DNA from: Candidatus Cloacimonadales bacterium
GTDB taxonomy: Bacteria; Cloacimonadota; Cloacimonadia; Cloacimonadales; JAIOQZ01
DNA length: 64,000 bases
Direction of reading: 5' to 3'
NCBI GenBank assembly: GCA_963665815.1
Contig: OY762463.1
Location: 2,560,001 to 2,624,000, forward strand
A model generated the notes under the pieces. It searched no databases. It was not told the DNA's origin and worked only from the letters and a program-made list of their open reading frames with translations. The first letter of the stretch is position 1. The number at the start of each line of letters is the position of its first letter. Shown here in pieces: positions 9,201 through 19,415 of this stretch. The position numbers and the translations under genes are program-made.

Positions 9201-11191
9201 AATATGTTCTTTTTGTTTATTTTAACATCAAGAGTTTCTTTGTTAAATCTGCTGCCGTTACATTCCGGGCAAGTATAAGACACATTACCGGAAAAATGCA
9301 TTCCAATCTCTTTTATACCTGCACCTTCACATGCTTCGCAGCGTCCACCTTTTACATTGAATGAAAATCTATTATTTTTGTAGCCTCTTTCTTTGGCAAG
9401 AGCCTGAGATGCAAAGACTGCTCTGATACGATCAAACACTTTTGTGTATGTTGCAGGGTTACTTCTCGGAGTTTTACCAATTGGTGACTGATCAATATCT
9501 ATTACCTTATCGAGATTCTCCCAGCCTTCTATTGTGCTGAATCTGCCGGGGATATCTTTTGATTTATGCAGTCTGTTTCTTAGGAATCTGGCAGTAATCT
9601 GTTCAGTCAAAGTCGATTTACCTGCTCCCGAAACACCGCAGACCACATTAATGCAGCCCAGCTTGAACTCTACATCTATGTTTTTCAGATTGTTTTCTGT
9701 TGCTCCATAGATAATTAAAGACTTACCTGAACCGACTCTGTTTGCAGATAATTGCGAAAAATCCTGTTCTTCGGCTATATACTTCCAGGTTTGACTCGCT
9801 ATGACTTGCTTCTGCTGAAAATCCTGTGTTTCCCCGCAATAAAGGAGTTCTCCACCTTCTGTTCCGGCTTTTGGTCCTATATCTATCAGCCATTCTGAGT
9901 TCTTTATAAAATCCTCGTCATGCTCTACAATGAGAAGAGTGTTCCCTTTGTTTTTAAGTGATTTCAGTGATTCCAGTAATGCGAGATTGTGTTTTGGATG
10001 CAGACCGATTGAAGGTTCATCAAGAACATACAGAATATTCCTGAGATTGCTCATGGTTTGCACTGCCAGCCTGATTCTCTGTGCTTCTCCACCGGATAAA
10101 GATGTTGATGTCCTGTTCAGAGAGAGATAATCCAGTCCAAGCTGAGATAAAACTCTGATCCGCTCCTGTATCTCATTTACTATCGGCTGTACGATTATTG
10201 TTTCGGATGTATTATTGAGATATAAACGTAGAAAATCAGATACATCTCTCAGAGTCAAAGATGATACCTGAGCAATGTTTTTATTCTCAATTGTTACAGA
10301 AAGAGCTGTTTTGTTAAGTCTTGATCCATGGCAGCTACTGCAGGGAACAGATCTGGCAAATCTTAAAATATTTCCGTTTCTGTCACGTCTGAGGATATCT
10401 TCCATGATGTTCATGATACCGGGATAATAACCTTCTTCACGAGGTTTTGCAGTAATTCCGCTCCATTTGAGTCTGCTTTCCAGAGTATGTTTACCGAATG
10501 GTACTTTGAGCATATCTGATCCTCTCAGGATAATTGTTTTCTGCTCATCTGTCATATCCTGCCAGGGAATATCTACCGAAAATCCATGTGCTTCACAGAC
10601 AGTGTTCAATACGTCCATGGTGACTTGAGAATATACGATATATCCTGATGGCGTTGTCATTACAAAAGCACCCTCACGGACAGTTTTCTCAGGATCAGCT
10701 ATCAGCAGTCCAGGATCAATAATATCCTCTACACCAAGTCCCTTGCATACCGGGCAGGCACCTTTGGGGGAGTTGAACGAGAAAAGCGATCTGTCAACGG
10801 CAGGTCCGGAGTAATCGGTAGGTACAGTACCGGTTCTGGCATAAAGCAGTCTGAGCAGATCATATATTTCGCTGAGTGTTCCAACGGTGGATCTGATGTT
10901 TCCTGTAGTGGTTTTCTGATCCAGAGCAATTGTCGGGAGCATACCGGAAATCCGTTCTGCTGATGGTTTGGCTGTTTTTCCCAAGAATGTTCTGGAGTAA
11001 CCGGAAAACGTCTGCATGTAGAGCCTTTGTCCTTCTTTGAAGACAGTATCAAAGGCCAGGGATGATTTACCGCTTCCCGAAACACCGGTCACGATGGTGA
11101 ATTTATCTTTTGGTATGGAAACGCTTATGTCTTTTAAGTTATGTTCTGCTGCTTTTTCTATGGTAATAAATTTATCTCTGGATTTTTTCAT
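6293..11191 (-). CDS. uvrA: Tandem-fused UvrA-family (UvrA2-like) ATPase with four ABC domains
   Basis: Four Walker A (GxSGxGKS), four LSGGE signatures, four DEP Walker B motifs, CxxC zinc motifs. Confidence 0.9.
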   Translation of the reverse strand: MKKSRDKFITIEKAAEHNLKDISVSIPKDKFTIVTGVSGSGKSSLAFDTVFKEGQRLYMQTFSGYSRTFLGKTAKPSAERISGMLPTIALDQKTTTGNIRSTVGTLSEIYDLLRLLYARTGTVPTDYSGPAVDRSLFSFNSPKGACPVCKGLGVEDIIDPGLLIADPEKTVREGAFVMTTPSGYIVYSQVTMDVLNTVCEAHGFSVDIPWQDMTDEQKTIILRGSDMLKVPFGKHTLESRLKWSGITAKPREEGYYPGIMNIMEDILRRDRNGNILRFARSVPCSSCHGSRLNKTALSVTIENKNIAQVSSLTLRDVSDFLRLYLNNTSETIIVQPIVNEIQERIRVLSQLGLDYLSLNRTSTSLSGGEAQRIRLAVQTMSNLRNILYVLDEPSIGLHPKHNLALLESLKSLKNKGNTLLIVEHDEDFIKNSEWLIDIGPKAGTEGGELLYCGETQDFQQKQVIASQTWKYIAEEQDFSQLSANRVGSGKSLIIYGATENNLKNIDVEFKLGCINVVCGVSGAGKSTLTEQITARFLRNRLHKSKDIPGRFSTIEGWENLDKVIDIDQSPIGKTPRSNPATYTKVFDRIRAVFASQALAKERGYKNNRFSFNVKGGRCEACEGAGIKEIGMHFSGNVSYTCPECNGSRFNKETLDVKINKKNIFDVLEMTINEAVEFFSDNKKISHILNTLKNVGLGYLTLGQPSTTLSGGEAQRVKLASELCKPDTGSTLYILDEPTTGLHTYDVKVLLNALHKLADKGNTIIIIEHNPYVVYSGDHVIELGPGSGPSGGNVVFSGNPQDMLDSSASVFNSFTNSECNKVDFTGEELSDEIELNGVSTNNLKSISLKIPHNSLTVLTGISGSGKSSLLFDTIFAEAHRCFTESMSTYARRFLKNMAKPNAESITGLSPCIALKQSTDYNNPRSTVGTLTGIYDILRLMFARIGKSELNTAHENVLSSIFSFNDEKGACPVCKGLGFMNMADPDKIVTEPEKALISGAMDGSKTGKFYGDPYGQYVAILLQVGFEHQIDFSQIWSNLSNDAKDIAMYGTGSREYDVVWKYKRKNREGEHRMKTVWLGFTGYIAEEYERKHQDKRGNQMLDLFTEVECMHCDGSGLKQEGLSYIIDGKNIHDFASLSISELKLQLNEMLKFSSSYTIEEQAVIEKINPEMIEKLETIESTGLEYLSLSRRINSLSGGEFQRLRIAVQTNSELSGITYIFDEPTKGLHPADTDKLITTLKKLRDKGNTVIVSEHDRDVIENADRIIELGSGAGIYGGNLIANCSFEDLKANPDSKTGRYLNHEQSISIKRKHSDESALRITGARANNLKNIDIDIPKGLITVISGVSGSGKSSLMNDVIYDSYSMGKPQYADKVNGFENFSDVILSDQQQPGKSTNSVPATYTGLFDDIRKLFAKLPESVENGYRATHFSYVNKQGQCPNCKGSGRMKVSMDFLADVNLECDMCHGKRYKEEVLAIKLYGRSIHDVLELSVQQALEFFAEYKKISEVLNMLTEVGLGYIKLGQSLNTLSGGEVQRLKLCKNLLTDNKGEKLFLLDEPTTGLHLEDIERLLKLLEKLRDSGNTIVIIEHNTDVIRNADFVIDLGPVGGSKGGFVIATCIPEELKDVSESVTGRYI

Positions 11192-11314
11192 GTACCTATT
11201 TTTGCAGAATGGATAGAATGGGGCAAATGAAAAATAAATTCAAATCAGAATAAAATTTTCATAGACTGAAATATTAAATAGTTAAGATAAAAGATATTTT
11301 CAAGGAGGTAAATT

Positions 11315-12232
11315 TTGAGATCTATGTTATTTATTCCAGCTTTTGTTATTGCATCAATACTATATTGCATAGTTATGTTAAACTTTATCTACAAAGCAAT
11401 TATTAAACCAGAAGAAAAAAGATTTATCAGAATAAAACTGAAAAGATATTGGAGAAAGTTTCTTTCAAAAGATATCGAAGATCTTGGTCAGAAAATGATA
11501 TCTTCAACCCTATCATTGTTTAAAAGCTTATTCTTCAAAAGAGAATCTAAGATTATCAGATTTCTTTCAATTTTCGCATTCAGTTTTATGCTGACATCAA
11601 TTGCTTTAGTGCTGGGGAGGTATCTGGAAACTTATGATAGAAGATCATTTATTACTTGTATTGAAAAAGTATTATATGGACTAATACCTTTTAGAGGGGC
11701 ATATCAATCTCAATATGTACTACCTATAAATTTTGTTTTTGACTTTCTGACTATAATTGTAACGATAAAGATTCTTGAAAAACTAACTATAACAAAGAGT
11801 TTCTATATGAAAGCAATACTTGTTATTACAGATATTCTCTTCGCCTTTATATGCTCTTTATTTACAATGAGTTTTGTAAAATTTGCAACAAGAAATTTTC
11901 GTTATACTAGAATTGATGGAAGCAATTCATTCTTTGAATGTATTGTCAGTTCTTTTGAAAACTATGATAATCTCACGCACATGAATTTTCAATCAGTAGA
12001 TTTTGATGGTCTTCTTCTTGGTATCACTACATTTCTACCTACAATAGTTTATTTCATAATTTTGACTTTTTTACTAATCGTTTTGATTTCAGATAGAATA
12101 ACAAAAGGAATACTCAGAACAATAAATGAAAGAGTAAAAAGAAATATTGGTGAACTTTCCGGTTCTCAGCTATGTATATTTTTTGGAACTTTAGCTAATT
12201 TTATTGGATTTATTATAGCTTACTTTAAATAG
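11315..12232 (+). CDS. Hypothetical multi-pass membrane protein
   Basis: AAGGAGG RBS, TTG start, about six hydrophobic segments, very AT-rich. Confidence 0.65.
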   Translation: MRSMLFIPAFVIASILYCIVMLNFIYKAIIKPEEKRFIRIKLKRYWRKFLSKDIEDLGQKMISSTLSLFKSLFFKRESKIIRFLSIFAFSFMLTSIALVLGRYLETYDRRSFITCIEKVLYGLIPFRGAYQSQYVLPINFVFDFLTIIVTIKILEKLTITKSFYMKAILVITDILFAFICSLFTMSFVKFATRNFRYTRIDGSNSFFECIVSSFENYDNLTHMNFQSVDFDGLLLGITTFLPTIVYFIILTFLLIVLISDRITKGILRTINERVKRNIGELSGSQLCIFFGTLANFIGFIIAYFK

Positions 12233-12279
12233 AGTCATTTGAGGATTCCCTAATAATTTTTAAACTCAATCATCTAACC

Positions 12280-13446
12280 TCACTTCTTCCCATCAAAAGC
12301 ATTATCTGTTTCCTTACTGTATATTGTCATAATTCGGACACCTTTTTCATCTTCTGAAAACTTCATATAACCGAAGTACGTATCTGATTCAAAGATATCG
12401 AATGTTTTGGTGTATCTGTACATGTCAAAATCCGTAAGTTCATATACTTCACTGAAATGATGTTCTGTAATGTCTCCGGTAAAGTGCTGCCTGATTGTAT
12501 ATATCAGGTGATCATCAATAAACTCAAGATCATCGTGCAGAATATTATTGCGATCCATCACGCCAAACAATTTCATCGCTGTACTGTCTTTAAGATTAAA
12601 CTGAAAGCATAATTCGTTCTTCTCATCAGTGCCGTAAACAAAAAGAGCATCTTCGGTGCTACCTGTAACAGTAAACACTTTACCACACCATTCCGGCATA
12701 TAGTACGTATTTTCGACTGTTTTTGTATCTGGATTCAATATGGATATACTATTTTTCTCATCCTGAGACCTTTTCCCGAATACAAGCTTATCATCTATTT
12801 CCTTCAAACATGTTATTGAGATGTTATATGCCCATTTGTCTTTCAGGAAATCTTCGGAGTAAACTACAGTTTTTGATTCAGTTTCTCTACTGTATTCCAA
12901 TATTTGTAATTTTCTTCTTTCAAAATCAGGTTCCAGCCAGAAAGTATCATTCTTAACTAAAACAGGAAATGCTCCAAAATGCTTACAATTACCATCGTCA
13001 TTAAAGTTAATTTCACTGATTTTCTTTAAAACTGATTTTGCAATATCATACATGTAAACCTGAATTTTATACTTTTTGTCTCTTTTCTCACAAACATCAA
13101 ACACTATGAATTCATCATTATTATCAACTCTCCTGATTGATTGCGTATCTCTTTCAATTCTGAATATTTCTTTAGCAATTTTATGGCTATTCAGATCGTA
13201 TTCGATCAAAGCATCATTATTGCTTAAAAAATTCTCAGCGATGTAGAAGAGTTTTCCCTTTTCAAACAAAGCTTCTGAGAAAAGTATTCTGTACGGATTT
13301 GAATCTCCAAGGTCAAAATCCTGTTTTAAAACATAATCCCGGGGAATATTCTTGTCTTTATAATATCCGCTTGGATAAACTCGAGAGTACATACATCCGG
13401 ATAATATTAAAGCAAGTAATATACATATTATTAATATTCTCTTCAT
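12280..13446 (-). CDS. Hypothetical lipoprotein, possible beta-propeller
   Basis: GGAGG RBS; lipobox LSGC; beta-rich sequence. Confidence 0.7.
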   Translation of the reverse strand: MKRILIICILLALILSGCMYSRVYPSGYYKDKNIPRDYVLKQDFDLGDSNPYRILFSEALFEKGKLFYIAENFLSNNDALIEYDLNSHKIAKEIFRIERDTQSIRRVDNNDEFIVFDVCEKRDKKYKIQVYMYDIAKSVLKKISEINFNDDGNCKHFGAFPVLVKNDTFWLEPDFERRKLQILEYSRETESKTVVYSEDFLKDKWAYNISITCLKEIDDKLVFGKRSQDEKNSISILNPDTKTVENTYYMPEWCGKVFTVTGSTEDALFVYGTDEKNELCFQFNLKDSTAMKLFGVMDRNNILHDDLEFIDDHLIYTIRQHFTGDITEHHFSEVYELTDFDMYRYTKTFDIFESDTYFGYMKFSEDEKGVRIMTIYSKETDNAFDGKK

Positions 13447-13815
13447 ATCTCCTCCATAAGTAAAATATTTACCATGATAAACACAAAGTCAAGTATAGAT
13501 TTGGTATGGATATCATTAGCGAAATACAGAACAATATTATCAGTAACCAAATGATTTGTTTTCAGTTATTTTCTATAGAATTCTATCAATGATAATTTAT
13601 GCATAGATAATATATATTTTTTGAAACTTCAAAAAAACCGAGCCTATAAGATTTATAGGCAATCTTGTTGGGTTTTGTATTATGCAAAGCCCTCATTGAT
13701 TAAAAATAATTAGAAAACTTGCCAAAATTTCCATTACAGCTTTTTTGGAATATAATAGATAGTTTTGCATTATTATCTTAATGTTGCAAGGCTATCAGCA
13801 GTTTAAGGACACAAA

Positions 13816-14508
13816 ATGAATGCTGATAACATAATTATTAAGACAGAATCTTTGATAAAAGATTACGATATGGGCAAAATCAAAGTTAGAGCTCTGAACG
13901 GTATAGACCTGACAATCTCCAAAGGTGAATTTGTGGCGGTAATGGGACCTTCCGGTTCAGGTAAATCAACCCTGATGCATATCCTCGGATGTCTCGATAC
14001 ACCTACTCTGGGAAAGTTTTTTCTCGAAGAAGAAGAAATATCCAAACTCTCTAAATCCAAACTGGCTATGATCCGCAATAAAAAGATCGGATTTGTGTTC
14101 CAGACTTTCAATCTGCTGCCGCACATCAATATACTGAAGAACGTGGAACTGCCGTTGATGTATTCCGGTATCAGTGCAAAAGAAAGAAAGCAGAAAGCAT
14201 CGTATATTCTTGATCAGGTTGGACTCGGTAACAGACTTCGTCATAAACCTTCCGAACTCTCCGGTGGTCAGAGACAGAGAGTAGCTATTGCCAGGGCAAT
14301 TGTTAACGACCCATCTATAACTTTTGCTGATGAACCTACCGGAAACCTCGATACCGGATCAGGTCATGATATTTTACATTTATTTGAAGAGCTTCATAAA
14401 ATGGGTAACACAATTGTTATGGTTACTCACGATCCGGCAGTTGCTAAAAGAGCAAACCGGGTCATCAGAATTGTAGACGGGTTGATTTCAGATGGCGATA
14501 TCATTTAA
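13816..14508 (+). CDS. ABC transporter ATP-binding protein (MacB/LolD type)
   Basis: GPSGSGKST, LSGGQRQRVAIARA, ADEPTGNLD, VTHD. Confidence 0.95.
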   Translation: MNADNIIIKTESLIKDYDMGKIKVRALNGIDLTISKGEFVAVMGPSGSGKSTLMHILGCLDTPTLGKFFLEEEEISKLSKSKLAMIRNKKIGFVFQTFNLLPHINILKNVELPLMYSGISAKERKQKASYILDQVGLGNRLRHKPSELSGGQRQRVAIARAIVNDPSITFADEPTGNLDTGSGHDILHLFEELHKMGNTIVMVTHDPAVAKRANRVIRIVDGLISDGDII

Positions 14509-15721
14509 CGAAAGTGTTTCAGTAGGATTCTCAGACATCTGGTCCAGAAAAGTCAGAAGTATTGTTACTCTGCTTGGTGTTTTACTGGGTACAATGTCAA
14601 TAATCGTTGTGATGGCACTTGTTAATGGCGTTCATAAGGAAACAATTCAATGGATGATGGAACGTGGAGGTCTGAACAGGGTCTTCATCAGAAGAAACTG
14701 GAGATATCAATCACCTACAAATCAAAGACGCCATTTTACATATCGCGAAGTTGAATTGATTAAATCTCTTTTACCGGAAGATGTGATATTCAATCCGGCA
14801 ATCAGACACTATGGCAGAACGAGCTATGGAAGAAACGAATACTGGTCAGGTATTCGTGGAGTACTTCCTGACTTTGCCCAGATAGAAGAATGGACTGCTG
14901 ACGAAGGGCGTTTTATAACAGATTATGATGTTAAAGAACGTAATGATGTGGTTGTTATCGGAACAACAATAAAAAAAGAAGTTTTCGGTAATACCGATCC
15001 TGTCGGTAAATATCTGACTATTAATGGTAAACGGTTGATGGTTATTGGAGTAATGCGTCATAGATTCATGACATCCATGATGGGAGGAAACTCCGGAGAA
15101 AACCAGCTTGAATACCTCAATCAGAGGTGCTTTATACCGCTTACAACAATGATATACAAGTTTAAAGGTGAGAACGAAATTGATAATATTGGTCTTAAAG
15201 CTCCAACAGTTGCCAAAGCTCTGGAACTATCTGATCAGGTAAACTCAATACTTTTGAACCTGAGGAGAAACGAACCCATTTTTTACGTTTCCTCGGCCAA
15301 AGAGCGAGCTGATGAAATGAAGAAAGATAATATCATATTCCAGCTTGTTTTTACTCTTATCAGCGGAATTTCTCTGCTGGTCGGTGGTATAGTTATTATG
15401 AATATCATGCTGGCAACAATTCAGGAGCGTACTCGGGAAATTGGTATCAGGCTTGCAGTTGGTGCCAGAAGAATAGATATTTTTATGCAATTCCTTATAC
15501 AGTCAATTCTGCTGACGGCTCTGGGTGGAATTCTCGGGATTGGAATTGGAGTATCAATACTTAAAACAGTGGGATCCTATATTCAGGTACCCACAGAAGC
15601 TTCTCTGAACATTATTCTGGTTGCACTGACAGTTTCTGTTGGTGTTGGCTTTGTATTCGGGATATTCCCGTCAATCATTGCCAGTAATCTGGATCCGGTA
15701 AAAGCACTGAGATATGAGTAG
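14492..15721 (+). CDS. MacB/FtsX-family ABC permease
   Basis: VGGIVIMNIML..ERTREIGIRLAVGA and LDPVKALRYE motifs. Confidence 0.92.
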   Translation: MAISFNESVSVGFSDIWSRKVRSIVTLLGVLLGTMSIIVVMALVNGVHKETIQWMMERGGLNRVFIRRNWRYQSPTNQRRHFTYREVELIKSLLPEDVIFNPAIRHYGRTSYGRNEYWSGIRGVLPDFAQIEEWTADEGRFITDYDVKERNDVVVIGTTIKKEVFGNTDPVGKYLTINGKRLMVIGVMRHRFMTSMMGGNSGENQLEYLNQRCFIPLTTMIYKFKGENEIDNIGLKAPTVAKALELSDQVNSILLNLRRNEPIFYVSSAKERADEMKKDNIIFQLVFTLISGISLLVGGIVIMNIMLATIQERTREIGIRLAVGARRIDIFMQFLIQSILLTALGGILGIGIGVSILKTVGSYIQVPTEASLNIILVALTVSVGVGFVFGIFPSIIASNLDPVKALRYE

Positions 15722-16730
15722 GCTTTTTGGTAAACTGCTGCTGAAAATTATCCCCGAAGAATCGAGGATACACAAATGTTTCAGGTCGGTTTCCCGTTTT
15801 CTGTCAATTTTCAAGAGAGTCTTTGATGAAAGATCCATCTACAAGGAATCCGCCGCACTTACATTTGTTACAATAATGGGATTCCTTCCATTTGTAACAT
15901 TCATTATCTATATGATCCCAAAGACATCTCTGATAGGGGAAAACAGTGCACTTAAGCAGATGCTTCTGTCTGTTTTCGTACCGGATTCTGCAGAGCAGGT
16001 TTCCATATATATGGAACAACTTATTAACAGACAATTGTCACTCAATCTGATCAGTATACTGATGATATTCATTACATCATTCTCATTGTTCAGAATAATA
16101 AATGATACTTTCGACAGGATACTGAATGTTCACGAGATAAAAGAGAAAGGGCTGATCAAGAACCTGTTGAAATTCTTCGGAATGATTTTATTCGGTTTCT
16201 TTATTCTGCTTCTGATATTCTCATCCCCGGCATTATCGCTTTTATCCAATATAATGGATAAGCCTTATCTTAATATTATTGCAAATTATTTCATACCATT
16301 CTTAATGCTGTTTTTTATAATTCTGCTGGTATTTATATTTGTACCTACAATCAGAATCAGAAATAAATCTTCGGTAATCGGAGCTGCAATATCTGCAGTT
16401 CTTTGGATTATTGTTAAGAACTTTTACTCCTGGTATGTGAGTAATGTTCTGTCCATGAAACTGATCTGGGGATTTCTGTCGTCTATCCCTGTAATGATTA
16501 TGTGGATTTACTTCAACTGGATGATTATCATGTCCGGTTTCATAATTGTTGCTATACTTGAAAACAGACACAATTCACCTGATAAAAAGAAAATAGTTTC
16601 TGATACGCTGACAATCACTCTTCACAGATGCGTTGAAGGATCTGATGAGGAAGAGGTCAGTGATATTCCTGAAAACGATCTGAGATCAATTATTAGAGAA
16701 ATTGTAAACGAAGGAAAGAAGAAAAAGTGA
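15714..16730 (+). CDS. YihY/BrkB-family membrane protein
   Basis: SAALTFVT, IINDTFDRI, WIYFNWMII motifs. Confidence 0.85.
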   Translation: MSRLFGKLLLKIIPEESRIHKCFRSVSRFLSIFKRVFDERSIYKESAALTFVTIMGFLPFVTFIIYMIPKTSLIGENSALKQMLLSVFVPDSAEQVSIYMEQLINRQLSLNLISILMIFITSFSLFRIINDTFDRILNVHEIKEKGLIKNLLKFFGMILFGFFILLLIFSSPALSLLSNIMDKPYLNIIANYFIPFLMLFFIILLVFIFVPTIRIRNKSSVIGAAISAVLWIIVKNFYSWYVSNVLSMKLIWGFLSSIPVMIMWIYFNWMIIMSGFIIVAILENRHNSPDKKKIVSDTLTITLHRCVEGSDEEEVSDIPENDLRSIIREIVNEGKKKK

Positions 16731-17773
16731 GTTTTAGAGAAGTGCTCGTCATTGATAACGATACTGCAATGCTCAGTATTATCAGTGATGCGTTGACACT
16801 TCAGAATTATCATGTTCATGTTACAAACAATCCGCTCAAAGTAAAAGCAATTCTTCAGACTCTCAAAGTATCAACAATAATAATGGATATTAATATGCCT
16901 CAGATGAGTGGTCTGGAGGTTCTTGAAGATCTTCAGGTAGAGCATCCTGATATCCCAGTAATAATGATTACAGGCGATGCTGATTCTGATAACATTATGC
17001 AGTCATTCAAACTCGGAGCTTACGATTTTCTGAAAAAACCTTTCACAATGGATGAACTTGTAATATCTGTTTCAAAAGCACTGGAAAAGTTCCTTATGCA
17101 GAAAGAACTTAATGACTACCACGAACATCTCGAAGAAAAAATACTTCAGCAGACCAGTGAACTAAGATCTGCCAAGATCAAGATCGAAAAAAACCTGATG
17201 CAGACTATTCTGACTCTGGTCAATGTAATAGAAGCTAATGACGAATATACTAAAGGGCATTCGGAAAGAGTAACTATTCTGAGCCTGAAAATAGGCCATC
17301 AGCTTAATCTGTCTTACAACGAACTTCAGCATCTGCAGCTTGGAGCTATCCTGCATGATATTGGCAAAATCGGTATTGCAGACTCAATTTTGCGTAAACC
17401 GGAAAGATTATCTGAAACTGAATTCGAACTGATGAAGAAGCACCCTGAAATTGGTGTGAATGTAATATCACCTATTGATCTGCATGATGAAGTACTGAAG
17501 ATTATCCAGCAGCATCACGAAAAAATCAACGGAACAGGTTATCCTGATGGATTAAAAGAAGATCAGATTACAAACCTTACGAAAATAGTATCTGTAGCCG
17601 ATGCTTTTGATGCAATGACATCTGACCGACCTTACAGAAAAGGTATGGATAAGGACAAAGCACTTAAAGAAATAGTAAGATTCAGCGGGGTTTACTTCGA
17701 TCAATATGTTGTTGAAGCATTCGAAAACACTGATCTTGATACTGAATCTTCATTTTTACACAGCCGTACATAG
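16727..17773 (+). CDS. Response regulator with HD-GYP phosphodiesterase domain
   Basis: REC domain (DND, MDINMP, KPF) plus HDIGK, HHEKINGTGYP, DAFDAMTSDRPY. Confidence 0.93.
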   Translation: MSFREVLVIDNDTAMLSIISDALTLQNYHVHVTNNPLKVKAILQTLKVSTIIMDINMPQMSGLEVLEDLQVEHPDIPVIMITGDADSDNIMQSFKLGAYDFLKKPFTMDELVISVSKALEKFLMQKELNDYHEHLEEKILQQTSELRSAKIKIEKNLMQTILTLVNVIEANDEYTKGHSERVTILSLKIGHQLNLSYNELQHLQLGAILHDIGKIGIADSILRKPERLSETEFELMKKHPEIGVNVISPIDLHDEVLKIIQQHHEKINGTGYPDGLKEDQITNLTKIVSVADAFDAMTSDRPYRKGMDKDKALKEIVRFSGVYFDQYVVEAFENTDLDTESSFLHSRT

Positions 17774-17804
17774 AAATTTATAACAAAAATAAAAGAGGAT
17801 TATA

Positions 17805-19346
17805 ATGAAAAAAGCCTTACTGAGTGTATCAGACAAGACTAACCTGCAGGAACTGGCAAAAAAGCTTGTTTCTCTTGGATATGACATCGTTTCTTCCGGA
17901 GGTACAGCAAAGTTTCTTGAAGATAATGACATTGAAGTAACCAGAGTAAGTGAAATAACAGATTTTCCGGAAATTATGAATGGCAGAGTTAAGACTCTTC
18001 ACCCAAAAATTCATGGTGGAATCCTGGCAGACAGAGATATTGAAGAACATCTTGAGCAAGCAAAAAAGCTTGATATCGACATGTTTGATTTCGTCGTTGT
18101 TAACCTTTATCCTTTTGCAGAAACTCTCAAAAATAACCGTGAAAATCATGCTCTTATTATTGAAAACATAGATATCGGTGGACCTACTCTGGTAAGATCT
18201 GCAGCTAAGAACTATAAGCATGTTGGTATAATAGTTGATCCGGCAGATTACGATTATATTGTTGCCGAACTTGAAGAAAACAAAGAACTGTCCTTTAAAA
18301 CAAGAACAGAACTTGCTTTGAAAGCATTCGAACACACTGCTGCATATGACTCTCTGATCAGCAGTTATTTCCAGAATATTACAGGAGTTAATCTTCCTGA
18401 GACTTACCTTGCAGCCGGCAATAAGCTTAATGATCTAAGATATGGTGAAAACCCTCATCAATCCGCAGCAATTTATAACGGAAATGAAGATATGCCGATT
18501 ACTCAGCATCACGGTAAACAGCTTTCCTATAACAACTATCTGGACATTGATTCTGCTCTGAGAGTACTCTATAAAATGAAAGATTATGACAAAACCGTAG
18601 TTGCTATACTCAAACACCTGAATCCATGCGGAATAGGATTGGGTGATACAATCACAGAAGCTTATGATAAAGCTTTTGCAACAGACACACTTTCTCCATT
18701 TGGCGGAATAGTTGTTACAAATAAGACTGTAGATCTTGAAGCTGCTGAAAAAATCAACTCCGTATTTACAGAAATCATCATTGCTCCGGATTATACTGAA
18801 GATGCAATGAAAAAGCTGAAACGTAAGAAAAACAGACGTCTAATCACCGTTGATATGGAAAAACTGAGCATAATGGAAAAACAGAAAAAGATAATAACAT
18901 GCATGAACGGTTATCTTGTACAGGATGCAGATTTAACTCCGGATAATGAAGAAAACTGGCAGGTTGTTACTGAAATCAAACCTGATAAGGAATATATGGA
19001 TGCTCTCAGATTCGGTTGGAAAACAGTATCTACATTGAAATCTAACGCAGTCTGTTTTACTACCCATGACAGAACTATCGGTCTTGGTATCGGTCAGACA
19101 AGCCGTATAGACTCAACAGAAATAGCTGTCAGCAAAGCAGGAAAATTCGGTCTTAAGCTTGAAGGATCAATCTGTGCTTCCGATGGTTTCTTCCCATTCA
19201 GAGACAGTGCAGATAAAATGGCAGAGCTTGGAATCAAAGGTATTATCCAGCCAGGCGGCTCCAATGGTGATGAAGAAGTGATAAAAGCCTGTAATGAACA
19301 CGGTATTTTCATGATCTTCACAGGTACACGTCATTTCAGGCATTAA
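17805..19346 (+). CDS. purH: Bifunctional AICAR transformylase/IMP cyclohydrolase
   Basis: ALLSVSDKT, GRVKTLHP, NIDIGGP, LRYGENPHQ, SDGFFPF, RHFRH. Confidence 0.98.
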   Translation: MKKALLSVSDKTNLQELAKKLVSLGYDIVSSGGTAKFLEDNDIEVTRVSEITDFPEIMNGRVKTLHPKIHGGILADRDIEEHLEQAKKLDIDMFDFVVVNLYPFAETLKNNRENHALIIENIDIGGPTLVRSAAKNYKHVGIIVDPADYDYIVAELEENKELSFKTRTELALKAFEHTAAYDSLISSYFQNITGVNLPETYLAAGNKLNDLRYGENPHQSAAIYNGNEDMPITQHHGKQLSYNNYLDIDSALRVLYKMKDYDKTVVAILKHLNPCGIGLGDTITEAYDKAFATDTLSPFGGIVVTNKTVDLEAAEKINSVFTEIIIAPDYTEDAMKKLKRKKNRRLITVDMEKLSIMEKQKKIITCMNGYLVQDADLTPDNEENWQVVTEIKPDKEYMDALRFGWKTVSTLKSNAVCFTTHDRTIGLGIGQTSRIDSTEIAVSKAGKFGLKLEGSICASDGFFPFRDSADKMAELGIKGIIQPGGSNGDEEVIKACNEHGIFMIFTGTRHFRH

Positions 19347-19415
19347 GACTCAGTTATTTAATCCGATTAAAAATTTGTTTACAAAAAAAAACGATAAATC
19401 TTTTTAGGTTCACTC

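Noticed and set aside
6197-11085. Short antisense or alternate-frame ORFs within uvrA (and similar ones inside other long genes)
   Set aside because: Shadow ORFs of well-supported genes with no motifs
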